A stretch of 28,423 nucleotides of DNA, taken from the IMG/VR virus record IMGVR_UViG_3300030372_001082, positions 1 to 28,423 of that record; one strand, 5' to 3'. Position numbers and translations under genes: made by a program. The notes beneath the pieces were generated by a model. The model worked only from the letters and a program-made list of their open reading frames with translations. It had not been told where the DNA came from and searched no databases. Of this stretch, positions 1 through 7,369 are shown piece after piece (the first letter of the stretch is position 1; each line of letters begins with the position of its first letter). This stretch comes from a virus. Its lineage: Duplodnaviria; Caudoviricetes.

Positions 1-99
1 TCTAATGTTTAATTCTCTTTCTTCTTCTTTGCTTAAATCTAATACTACACAATCTATTTCTGTATGCTTTAATGCTTTGCATATTTTATAACGCTGATG
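1..99. repeat. Terminal direct repeat, copy 1 (circular assembly overlap)
   Basis: Identical to 28325-28423; the ParB-like ORF reads in frame across the join. Confidence 0.95.
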
Positions 100-258
100 T
101 CCACCAATTATAGTCATATCTTTATTAACAATAATAGGATCAACTAATCCAAATCGTTCTATAGACTTTTTTAAGTCATTATATTGTTTCGTACTAATCT
201 GTCTAGGATTATACGTTGCAGGTTTTAATTTATTTATTTTTATTGATTCTATTTTCAT
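1..258 (-). CDS. ParB/Srx-like N-terminal domain protein, 5' part (continues across the circular junction to 27995; 195 aa in total)
   Basis: Manual translation from ATG 258: MKIESIKINKLKPATYNPRQISTKQYNDLKKSIERFGLVDPIIVNKDMTIIGGHQRYKICKAL...; YNPR, FG.VDPIIV and GGHQR are ParB-N motifs. Missed by the ORF track. Confidence 0.9.
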   Translation of the reverse strand, partial: MKIESIKINKLKPATYNPRQISTKQYNDLKKSIERFGLVDPIIVNKDMTIIGGHQRYKICKALKHTEIDCVVLDLSKEEERELNIR

Positions 259-517
259 ATCTTTTATTCATTACTGATTTAAAAGAATCTAACATTTGTT
301 GTCTTGTTCTTTTTATTTTTTTATTTCTTTCAACATATAAATATGTATGTATTGGTTCACCTGTTTTTTTGTCTGCAAAGAATATATTTTTATTTCCTTC
401 ACAATATAATAACATTACATCTTTTTTAAAATGTTCAGAACCTTTAAACTCTATAAATTCCCAATCATTTAAAAGCCACCATTTAGCTTCATTGTATGTC
501 ATTTCTTCTATTTTCAT
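230..517 (-). CDS. Hypothetical protein (95 aa)
   Basis: ORF track; overlaps both neighbours on the coding strand. Confidence 0.7.
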   Translation of the reverse strand: MKIEEMTYNEAKWWLLNDWEFIEFKGSEHFKKDVMLLYCEGNKNIFFADKKTGEPIHTYLYVERNKKIKRTRQQMLDSFKSVMNKRYENRINKNK

Positions 518-803
518 ATTTTTTCAAGTATTCTATGTTGTAATATATTTGCTGACAGACTAATTCCAAATGCTTTATTTTGCAAAACATATTAAATGCA
601 GAATCACTTTCAGCTTTATTGTGACAGTCTCTACACAAACCCATAAGGTTCTCTATATAGTCTTTATTATTAGAACCACCCATGCCACGCCTTTCTAAAT
701 GGTGTATGTCAACTGCTCTGTCCTGCTGACACATTTCGCACATTATGAAGTCTGTTTCTCCATAATCAAAAAATGTCATATATACTTTAGTATGCTTTTT
801 CAA
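489..803 (-). CDS. HNH endonuclease (about 104 aa, probable TTG start at 803)
   Basis: CEMC...DIHH...GMGG...IENLMGLCRDCH zinc/HNH motif; the track's start at 860 overlaps another ORF. Confidence 0.85.
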   Translation of the reverse strand: MKKHTKVYMTFFDYGETDFIMCEMCQQDRAVDIHHLERRGMGGSNNKDYIENLMGLCRDCHNKAESDSAFNMFCKIKHLELVCQQIYYNIEYLKKYENRRNDIQ

Positions 804-963
804 CTCTCTTTGGCATTTTATGTAAATCATCACTAGGTAAAGACAATATAAAATCACCATTACAGAAGCAGCACTTACCTTTCTTAATTAAACTAACCCT
901 TGTACAACTAATGCAGAATCTAAATATTTGTTTTACCTTATTCATTTTTGCAACTATTTTCAT
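787..963 (-). CDS. Small Cys-rich putative zinc-ribbon protein (58 aa from 963, or 52 aa from 945)
   Basis: Manual translation MKIVAKMNKVKQIFRFCISCTRVSLIKKGKCCFCNGDFILSLPSDDLHKMPKRVEKAY; CxxC...CxxC; fills the gap between ORFs. Confidence 0.6.
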   Translation of the reverse strand: MKIVAKMNKVKQIFRFCISCTRVSLIKKGKCCFCNGDFILSLPSDDLHKMPKRVEKAY

Positions 964-1297
964 ATACCTTTTTAAGTTTGCTTAATGTTTGCTGAACACA
1001 ACTTCCACAACTTGATGCCTTTTTATTAGCGTTAAAAACCTTATTATATAGCTTAACCATAATAGCTTGATCTTGTGCAGTTATCCTATCGTGTATTCTA
1101 GGTAATACTTCTTCGTATATTTTCATTTCATCTTCTGTAAATTGTCTAACAGAATTATATGGAAACGCTTTATTTAATAACTCTTTTCTCTTTTCGCAAC
1201 CACAGTCATCACCTAATACTTTTTTAGCCACCTTGTCAATTCCTGTAGCTTTAAATACTTTTTCTACTGAATCACCAAGACCTTTACTTTTTGTCAT
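938..1297 (-). CDS. Conserved-looking phage hypothetical protein
   Basis: ORF track; SKGLGD...TGI...DCGCEKRKE and CxxC motifs that I associate with aquatic Bacteroidetes phages. Confidence 0.75.
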   Translation of the reverse strand: MTKSKGLGDSVEKVFKATGIDKVAKKVLGDDCGCEKRKELLNKAFPYNSVRQFTEDEMKIYEEVLPRIHDRITAQDQAIMVKLYNKVFNANKKASSCGSCVQQTLSKLKKVYENSCKNE

Positions 1298-1523
1298 TTT
1301 GTAACTTTTTTAAAATTTTATCTTTTACTTTTTCATCATCTATAATATCCAGAAGTTTGTGCAAGGCATAAGAAGCAGCTTCATTTATCTGCATATCAAA
1401 ACCTTCCTTAGTTCCTAATACATAAGTCTGTCCTTTTTCATCACCAAAAGAAACCATATTATACTTCTTAATTAATGTAGTATCTGCTTTTTTTATTGCT
1501 CTAAGTATTCTGCTTTTCTTCAT
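1284..1523 (-). CDS. Hypothetical protein (79 aa)
   Basis: ORF track; overlaps its neighbours. Confidence 0.65.
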   Translation of the reverse strand: MKKSRILRAIKKADTTLIKKYNMVSFGDEKGQTYVLGTKEGFDMQINEAASYALHKLLDIIDDEKVKDKILKKLQNDKK

Positions 1524-1609
1524 AATATAGCTGCTAATAAAAAAACAAACACTACAAGTGTAACTATGCCAACAAATAAGTCAGCAATAATATCTTCTTT
1601 ATCTTTCAT
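1520..1609 (-). CDS. Small single-TM peptide (29 aa)
   Basis: MKDKEDIIADLFVGIVTLVVFVFLLAAIL; ATGA overlap with the next gene; fills the gap. Confidence 0.55.
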   Translation of the reverse strand: MKDKEDIIADLFVGIVTLVVFVFLLAAIL

Positions 1610-2105
1610 TTTTTAAATAGTTTTTTACGTTCTTAATTGCTTTGTAAATAGTTGCCCTAGATATTCTAGTAGCTTTAGCTAATGAATTTAAACTATGCGA
1701 ATCTCTATAGTATATTCTAAATAATTCTGCATCAAACCAATATAAATCTTGTAGCTTTTTTTCAATCCATTCTAAGCGTTCTTCTACTTCTTTTTTATCT
1801 TTTATAGTGTATGTAGTATTATCAGCAGTAATGCTTTCTATTGTAGTTGTAGTATGGTATTCGTAATACTTATTGTATTTATAATAGTACCTGCTTGTTT
1901 TAGAATGATATTGGTTTAGCATTACTCTGGCTATGTAGAATGTTAATTGTTTTTTTTCTATTATTTCATTTATTCTGTCCTGATCGCATTTATAAAGTTC
2001 TTCAATCACAAAACTTAATAAATCATCTTTGCCCTTTTCACCTGCTATATTGTAAGCCATATCTTTCAGCTTATCATAGTTCTCTATCAGGTATTTATTT
2101 AGCAT
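1599..2105 (-). CDS. Phage sigma-70/ECF-like RNA polymerase sigma factor
   Basis: 168 aa; region-2-like LKDMAYNI...DDLLSFVIEELY...FYIARVMLN and region-4 HTH SLNSLAKATRISRATIYKAIKNVKNYL. Confidence 0.75.
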   Translation of the reverse strand: MLNKYLIENYDKLKDMAYNIAGEKGKDDLLSFVIEELYKCDQDRINEIIEKKQLTFYIARVMLNQYHSKTSRYYYKYNKYYEYHTTTTIESITADNTTYTIKDKKEVEERLEWIEKKLQDLYWFDAELFRIYYRDSHSLNSLAKATRISRATIYKAIKNVKNYLKNER

Positions 2106-2380
2106 ATTTTAATTATAGAAGGTATATTTAATTGCTTTAGTAAGTTGTATTCTACATTAGATATTTTACCTATTTCTACTTCTGCTATATTGTCAAATCT
2201 CTTTTGTAGTTTCTTATAAATATAATTTTCTATATTATCATTTTTTTTCAAATCTCGTAAAACAAACGACATCTCTGCACCAGAATCAAACAAAATTGTA
2301 AACAATAGACTGTTAGTATCTACATAATTCCAATATAGTCTATCTTTTCTTGTGTTAAAAAATGTCGGCTTTCTTTTCAT
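2099..2380 (-). CDS. Hypothetical protein (93 aa)
   Basis: ORF track; overlaps its neighbours. Confidence 0.7.
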   Translation of the reverse strand: MKRKPTFFNTRKDRLYWNYVDTNSLLFTILFDSGAEMSFVLRDLKKNDNIENYIYKKLQKRFDNIAEVEIGKISNVEYNLLKQLNIPSIIKIC

Positions 2381-2724
2381 TTTATTTTATTATTTAAATA
2401 TCTATCTATAACTTCTACTGCTTCATCATAGCCATATACAATTTCAGATACAAAATTTCTTTCATTAAGTTTTTCTCGCCACCATAACTGTTCTTTTGTT
2501 GCTCTGCCTTTTTTTGTTTTTACTTCTAAAAATAAAGAGTGGAATTTGCCAACAGGTTCTAGTATAGATAAATCTGGATAACCCTTTATATAGCCAGATG
2601 CCTTCATCTTCACCGCTTGAGTCATTGATGTTCTCAAACCACCTGCACTAGCACAATACAATACATTAGGATATTGTAATTTAATATATGTAACTATTGC
2701 TTTTTGTAATTGGTATTCTTTCAT
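2377..2724 (-). CDS. VRR-NUC domain nuclease (putative junction resolvase)
   Basis: E..LQ..I, G...GYPDL, FLEVKTKKGRATKEQ: PD-(D/E)xK VRR-NUC signature. Confidence 0.85.
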   Translation of the reverse strand: MKEYQLQKAIVTYIKLQYPNVLYCASAGGLRTSMTQAVKMKASGYIKGYPDLSILEPVGKFHSLFLEVKTKKGRATKEQLWWREKLNERNFVSEIVYGYDEAVEVIDRYLNNKIK

Positions 2725-2837
2725 CTATAAAATTTATAAATTATATAACTAATAAATGGTGAAGAAAATAATAGTGTTATAATACTAATATGCGGTTCAC
2801 CGCAGATACCTAATATGTGTTTTATTATTTCCATCAT
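2721..2837 (-). CDS. Small hydrophobic protein (38 aa)
   Basis: MMEIIKHILGICGEPHISIITLLFSSPFISYIIYKFYR; ATGA overlaps at both ends. Confidence 0.55.
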   Translation of the reverse strand: MMEIIKHILGICGEPHISIITLLFSSPFISYIIYKFYR

Positions 2838-3466
2838 ATACAACTTTCTAAAATTTCTTTACATAATTCATAAGGAACTATGCTTCTTAAATAGTTTCCT
2901 TTTAAACCTTGTGTGCCTGTTTGTGAACCTCTTGGTGCTGGTTGATGATGACAATTTGTGTTACCATTAAAACACATTTCTCTTGGTTTCCAACCTTTTT
3001 GATTAAACCAATCCGCCAAATGATTTGTCCATATATCGGTAGGTTTCATTTTACTATCTTGATACTGACAATAGCAAACAGTTGTTCTTTGTATTCCTTT
3101 TACTACATCTAATTTTCTTAATTTACCTCTTGGGTTTTCTATAAAATAAAAATCAGGTTTAAAATAATTAATTATATCTAATGTCTTTTGTACAATCTTA
3201 ACACCTAGTATAGCTTCTGGTGTTTTTGGTGTATGGTCTTTGTTCCAATGATGACCAATACTAGCAACACTAAAATATGTGCAAGGCGGTGAAGCCCAAA
3301 TAATATCAGGTTTAAATGGAACTTTTGAAACATCAAAATCTAATATATCACAAACATAATCTATTTTGTCAAAATCTTTATAATCTGTTGTAAATGTTTC
3401 CATTCCCATTTCTTCAGCCACCTTGCTAAAACTTCTTGATCCTGCAAATAATTCTAATACTTTCAT
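2834..3466 (-). CDS. DNA cytosine-C5 methyltransferase (short, orphan)
   Basis: Motif I LELFAG, motif IV WASPPC, motif VI IENP. Confidence 0.85.
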   Translation of the reverse strand: MKVLELFAGSRSFSKVAEEMGMETFTTDYKDFDKIDYVCDILDFDVSKVPFKPDIIWASPPCTYFSVASIGHHWNKDHTPKTPEAILGVKIVQKTLDIINYFKPDFYFIENPRGKLRKLDVVKGIQRTTVCYCQYQDSKMKPTDIWTNHLADWFNQKGWKPREMCFNGNTNCHHQPAPRGSQTGTQGLKGNYLRSIVPYELCKEILESCI

Positions 3467-4215
3467 TTTTTAACCCATTTAGCACCTGCGTTTGGATTGT
3501 ATTCTGTTACATATCCAATAGCTTTTAAGTGTTGTTCATATTCTTTCTGTGCAGAAGCATCAAGTCTTTTCATCAGTAAACTATCGTAATGATCTGGAAA
3601 CCTATTCTTTTGCTTATTAAAGCCATTACTTGCCCATCTCTTTAATCTTCTGCCTATATCAAATGTCTTTTCCATTTCTGCCCTAAACTTACTTCCTGAT
3701 TTATTCTTTTCAGTCCAATATAAAAAGAAGTCTTTTTTATCACTATCACTAATATCTTCTATTGCGTGTATGGAATTTTTAAATTCCACTATTCTTTTTT
3801 CTATACTTTTATGTACTTTATTAATACTCTTGTTTACTTTACTAGTAGAACTATCGTAATTCTTTTGTAATACGTTCGTATTATTCCATCTTTTGCTAAC
3901 GCTTTCTTTTGCTTTTTTTGACTTTAAATTTATTTGCTCTATGTGATTATTTAAACGCCTAGAATAAAAACAACCATCTTCTATGACAAATAAATCAAAA
4001 TCTTCTATTACTGCTCTTAATTTATCAGGTTCACATTGCAAACCATAAGCTAATATATCATATTGATTTGTGCAGATTTTATTTTCTTCTGAGAATAGTA
4101 ATTCTAATACTGACCAGAAGATACCATATCCTTCATAACCAAGACTTGCCCTTAGTTTAATTATTCTAATATCATTTCTTGCAGATGAATCGTGATTAAA
4201 GTATGTTTTTTTCAT
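3463..4215 (-). CDS. DUF4373-like phage replication initiator / replisome organiser
   Basis: N-terminal YFNHDSSARND.RI.KLR...G.EGYGIFW.VLE.L; low-complexity linker; C-terminal FFLYW...RL.RW. Confidence 0.75.
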   Translation of the reverse strand: MKKTYFNHDSSARNDIRIIKLRASLGYEGYGIFWSVLELLFSEENKICTNQYDILAYGLQCEPDKLRAVIEDFDLFVIEDGCFYSRRLNNHIEQINLKSKKAKESVSKRWNNTNVLQKNYDSSTSKVNKSINKVHKSIEKRIVEFKNSIHAIEDISDSDKKDFFLYWTEKNKSGSKFRAEMEKTFDIGRRLKRWASNGFNKQKNRFPDHYDSLLMKRLDASAQKEYEQHLKAIGYVTEYNPNAGAKWVKK

Positions 4216-4229
4216 AGTAATTTATTTAT

Positions 4230-4295
4230 GATAATGCCTGTGCTATAGAGAAAAAAAAGTAAAAACATATAAACAAGAATAACACAGGCACTATC
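4230..4295 (-). promoter_or_regulatory. 17-bp RNA hairpin with a 32-nt U-rich loop upstream of the initiator gene
   Basis: Minus strand GATAGTGCCTGTGTTAT / ATAGCACAGGCATTATC: 15 Watson-Crick plus 2 G-U pairs. Confidence 0.65.
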
Positions 4296-4303
4296 GGAGT
4301 TAA

Positions 4304-4609
4304 CTAAAATGGGGGATTACTCATATTAAGATCGTCCTCAACAATAATATCTTTTATTGCTAAAGTAGTAAAAAATTTGTCTTTCCATTGATTACATTTA
4401 ATGTAAAATTCAATTCTAGCAAATTTGTCTACCTTAATACTTTTTCTTCTAACATCAATAGATGCTTTTCCAAATATCTCAAATTGATACTTGTTTTCAA
4501 AATCTGTATCATCTTCTATTGTGATGTACATTTTTTCAGCTTGATCACCATTTTTTAATGTTATCATTTCAGACTTAATGTCTATTATTTTACCTCGTAT
4601 ATTATACAT
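4304..4609 (-). CDS. DUF3127-like putative single-stranded DNA-binding protein
   Basis: I.GKII...FEIFG...IEFYIKCNQWKDKFFTTL OB-fold-like pattern; acidic tail ending in PF. Confidence 0.7.
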   Translation of the reverse strand: MYNIRGKIIDIKSEMITLKNGDQAEKMYITIEDDTDFENKYQFEIFGKASIDVRRKSIKVDKFARIEFYIKCNQWKDKFFTTLAIKDIIVEDDLNMSNPPF

Positions 4610-4620
4610 ATCTATTTATT

Positions 4621-5022
4621 TTATTTATTATTATCTTGTTTGAATTGGTCTGATTCTACTTCTGAGTAAACACCCAAGGAATAAAATTCAGTAATTTGCA
4701 AAATGCTTCTTGCTTTACTACGCTTTTCGGCCATTTCTAAAAAATAAGATGATTTGCAATTTTTAGGCTGTGCAGTTGCATAAGTTTCTATTGTTACATC
4801 ACCTTTAGTAGCTATACATTTAACCGCACAAAAATCACGTTCACAAACTACTACTTCATATTTTAAAGTAATTTTATCAATAGACATAATCTTTTCTACG
4901 CCTGTTCTTGTTACTATAGGAATAGATTTACCACCTAAAGTCATAGTAAAAATATCTTCTTTATCTAAACCATACTTAAAATATAATTCTTTTAAGCGTT
5001 CTCTTTTTGTATTATTTTCCAT
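4621..5022 (-). CDS. Putative single-strand annealing / recombination protein
   Basis: IVTRTGVEKI...MAEKRSKARSIL...GVYSEVE; lies next to the SSB-like gene. Function is inferred. Confidence 0.5.
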   Translation of the reverse strand: MENNTKRERLKELYFKYGLDKEDIFTMTLGGKSIPIVTRTGVEKIMSIDKITLKYEVVVCERDFCAVKCIATKGDVTIETYATAQPKNCKSSYFLEMAEKRSKARSILQITEFYSLGVYSEVESDQFKQDNNK

Positions 5023-5023
5023 A

Positions 5024-5233
5024 TTAAAATGGTTTTATAAATTTAATAATATCCAAGTCTATTAAGTCACATAATCGTTCTGCATCTGTGACAGTTAATT
5101 TACAAGGATCTTCTAGTTTTTTCAAAGTTGTAGGATAAGACCAATCTAATGCCTTAGCCACCTGCATCTTATTCATTTCTTTTACAGACATAGCAATTCT
5201 AATTACTTGTCTACGCATCATTCGTGAGTTCAT
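5024..5233 (-). CDS. Cro/XRE-like helix-turn-helix regulator
   Basis: 69 aa; MNKMQVAKALDWSYPTTLKKL...LTVTDAERLCDLI; first gene of the leftward operon. Confidence 0.7.
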   Translation of the reverse strand: MNSRMMRRQVIRIAMSVKEMNKMQVAKALDWSYPTTLKKLEDPCKLTVTDAERLCDLIDLDIIKFIKPF

Positions 5234-5273
5234 ATATATTTATTTTAAATTAAAAGACAATTATAATAATTAT

Positions 5274-5301
5274 ATTTAACATTATATAAACTATATGCCA
5301 A
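5274..5301 (-). other. dif-like XerC/XerD recombination site
   Basis: Minus strand TTGGCATATAG-TTTATA-TAATGTTAAAT versus E. coli dif GGTGCGCATAA-TGTATA-TTATGTTAAAT (XerD arm 10/11, spacer 5/6). Confidence 0.7.
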
Positions 5302-5304
5302 TAG

Positions 5305-5329
5305 TTATTAACAATTCTAATGTTAATAA
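5305..5329. promoter_or_regulatory. Perfect inverted repeat TTATTAACA-N7-TGTTAATAA (operator or DnaA-box-like pair)
   Basis: Read directly; lies between divergent operons. Confidence 0.5.
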
Positions 5330-5369
5330 ATAAAAACAAAGGTTTATAAAAAGTAAAGATTATTTAATA

Positions 5370-5377
5370 TATATTTG
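5370..5377 (+). promoter_or_regulatory. Bacteroidetes-type -7 promoter element (TAnnTTTG)
   Basis: TATATTTG, 26 nt upstream of ATG 5404; no clear -33 element. Confidence 0.5.
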
Positions 5378-5403
5378 TTGTATTAATTTTAAAACATATA
5401 ACA

Positions 5404-5565
5404 ATGACTGAATTTAAACCAATATATAATAAAGAAGAATTATTATTATTAGACAAAGACTTTTTAATTAAAGTAATTTTAAGACAAGAAAGAGACATAC
5501 ACAATTTAAACGAAGAAGTTAAATCAACTATTAGAGAATGGAAAGAATCATTAAAATCAAGATAA
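5404..5565 (+). CDS. Hypothetical protein (53 aa)
   Basis: MTEFKPIYNKEELLLLDKDFLIKVILRQERDIHNLNEEVKSTIREWKESLKSR; A-rich leader. Confidence 0.65.
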   Translation: MTEFKPIYNKEELLLLDKDFLIKVILRQERDIHNLNEEVKSTIREWKESLKSR

Positions 5566-5567
5566 TT

Positions 5568-5648
5568 ATGAAAGCAAGAATACTATTAATAATATGTGCA
5601 ACCTATATAATAGGTAGATTTTTAACTACAATAATTTTTGGAATATGA
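5568..5648 (+). CDS. Small membrane peptide (26 aa)
   Basis: MKARILLIICATYIIGRFLTTIIFGI; ATGA overlap with the ORF at 5645. Confidence 0.55.
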   Translation: MKARILLIICATYIIGRFLTTIIFGI

Positions 5649-6097
5649 AAGACTTTAATTTTAAAACAGGTACTCATAAACAGATTCTATATGATTACCT
5701 ATTATTAGGCAAATCAATTACAACCAGAGATGCTATTATTGATTTAGGAATTGCAGACCTTCAAGGTGTAATTAGAGATTTAAAAAAAGCAGGTGTATGT
5801 ATTGAAACTAGAGACCAGAAAGTAAGTACTAGATACTATAAGGCAGATGGTTCACCTAAATACGCTTATGTGCGTTCTTATAAACTTGAAACGATATTTG
5901 ACAGAAACATACACACAAGCGTTTACAGAACCGCAGAAGAACAAGCAGAATGGGATATTAGTTCTGACGTGCCAGATGAAGTTATTGAAGATATGGAAAA
6001 AAGACACCAGGAACATCATAGTGGCAATTGTTCTTATTTAGGAATAGACAAAGGAATGGTGTCTGTCCTGCAAGACAGGTTAGACAGAAACAAGTAA
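5645..6097 (+). CDS. Winged helix-turn-helix DNA-binding protein
   Basis: HKQILYDYLLLGKSITTRDAIIDLGIADLQGVIRDLKKAG..IET...Y.L wHTH pattern. Confidence 0.7.
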   Translation: MKDFNFKTGTHKQILYDYLLLGKSITTRDAIIDLGIADLQGVIRDLKKAGVCIETRDQKVSTRYYKADGSPKYAYVRSYKLETIFDRNIHTSVYRTAEEQAEWDISSDVPDEVIEDMEKRHQEHHSGNCSYLGIDKGMVSVLQDRLDRNK

Positions 6098-6109
6098 ATT
6101 ATACTTATT

Positions 6110-6247
6110 CTATTTAAGGTTTTTAATCAATTCTCTAAAACGCTTACTCATACCTTTAGTGTCATAAACTTTGTTATAGTTTTTGTCATAGGTATAGTAG
6201 GCGTTTAGCTTGATTTCCTCGCTATATATGTTACTATTTTTGCTCAT
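6110..6247 (-). CDS. Hypothetical protein (45 aa)
   Basis: MSKNSNIYSEEIKLNAYYTYDKNYNKVYDTKGMSKRFRELIKNLK; last gene of the late block. Confidence 0.55.
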   Translation of the reverse strand: MSKNSNIYSEEIKLNAYYTYDKNYNKVYDTKGMSKRFRELIKNLK

Positions 6248-6251
6248 ATTA

Positions 6252-6992
6252 TTATAATTCCATTAACAAATTTATAGGTAATTTCCCATTTTTCAAAACT
6301 ACTGCACAACCAATAGCGGGTTTCTTACCATGCTTAGCGTATGCCATAGCATAACTTTCGTGGTCAATTCCGCAACCAACTTGCATTCCAAATACTCTAA
6401 AATTTTGCCCTACATAATGTTCGCAATATGCTTGTGTATGCAAATGTCCTTGTACAGTATTCATCATATCTGCCCTGCATTTAGTTCTTGCAGTACCACC
6501 TTCGCCGTGAATATATTGTACACCATCTTTTACATATCTTTCTACGAAATTCCATTTTGGCACTTCTAAAACTTCTTTATATGACTTAATCCATTTGCTA
6601 GGAATAGCAGATGTTTGTGCTTTACGCATTATTATCCTATCGTGATTGCCAATGATTACAGTAGCTACAGGAAACGCTTTATACCATCTTGAAAGTTTTT
6701 TAATAGCAATTTCTAATTCTTCTTTTCCTGTATAGTCTGCATCTATATTTACTTCGTGAAATGAGCTAAAATGGTTATCGAGACAATCTCCAATTATCAC
6801 GACCTCTGTAATGTCGTATTCATCGTATTTAGATATGCAAAATTCTAGGTATTTGTTTAGGCAAAATGGTTCGTGAAGGTCGCCAATTACAAGGACATTA
6901 TTATATCCTTCACCATTATTTTTTCTATTGGCTTTTATTAAGTCATATTCCGACTCTGTAAGTCTAGGTCTATATGGTCGTAAATTATCTAT
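6252..6992 (-). CDS. Calcineurin-like metallophosphoesterase (about 246 aa, probable ATA start)
   Basis: Motifs VLVIGDLHEP (upstream of the track's start at 6800), GDCLD, GNHD, IHG, GHLH. Confidence 0.85.
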   Translation of the reverse strand: MDNLRPYRPRLTESEYDLIKANRKNNGEGYNNVLVIGDLHEPFCLNKYLEFCISKYDEYDITEVVIIGDCLDNHFSSFHEVNIDADYTGKEELEIAIKKLSRWYKAFPVATVIIGNHDRIIMRKAQTSAIPSKWIKSYKEVLEVPKWNFVERYVKDGVQYIHGEGGTARTKCRADMMNTVQGHLHTQAYCEHYVGQNFRVFGMQVGCGIDHESYAMAYAKHGKKPAIGCAVVLKNGKLPINLLMEL

Positions 6993-7369
6993 TTGTTTCT
7001 AACTTTTTCAATACTTCGCCCACCAAAGTAAGCACCAATCACCGTTATAAGTGTTAATTGTAACAAGTCTATCCAATTACTTTTAACTTCAAAATTAATT
7101 GCACCTGCTTCAATAAAAATTAGTAGCACAGTAGATACTACTAAAAAAGCTAATGTCAAAGGTCTTATGTTTGCAGGTAACCAACCTGCTTTAGCATCTG
7201 CTTCCCATCTTCTTGTAATTTGTTCTTCTGCATTTGCTTTAGCTTGTAAAAATACCTGTTCAAATTTAATCTTTAATTCTTCTCGTTCTTCCTTAGTAGT
7301 CACAACATTATCAACAAGTTTATTAACATCAAGTGACATATTCCCAAATAGTTTAGCTAAAAATTTCAT
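6989..7369 (-). CDS. Holin (3TM/GTA-holin-like)
   Basis: RW.AD...WL..NIRPL.L, hydrophobic helices, YFGGRSIEK end; follows the endolysin. Confidence 0.75.
   Translation of the reverse strand: MKFLAKLFGNMSLDVNKLVDNVVTTKEEREELKIKFEQVFLQAKANAEEQITRRWEADAKAGWLPANIRPLTLAFLVVSTVLLIFIEAGAINFEVKSNWIDLLQLTLITVIGAYFGGRSIEKVRNK

Noticed and set aside
5847-6041. Alternative-frame ORF inside the wHTH gene
   Set aside because: Fully nested with no recognisable motif
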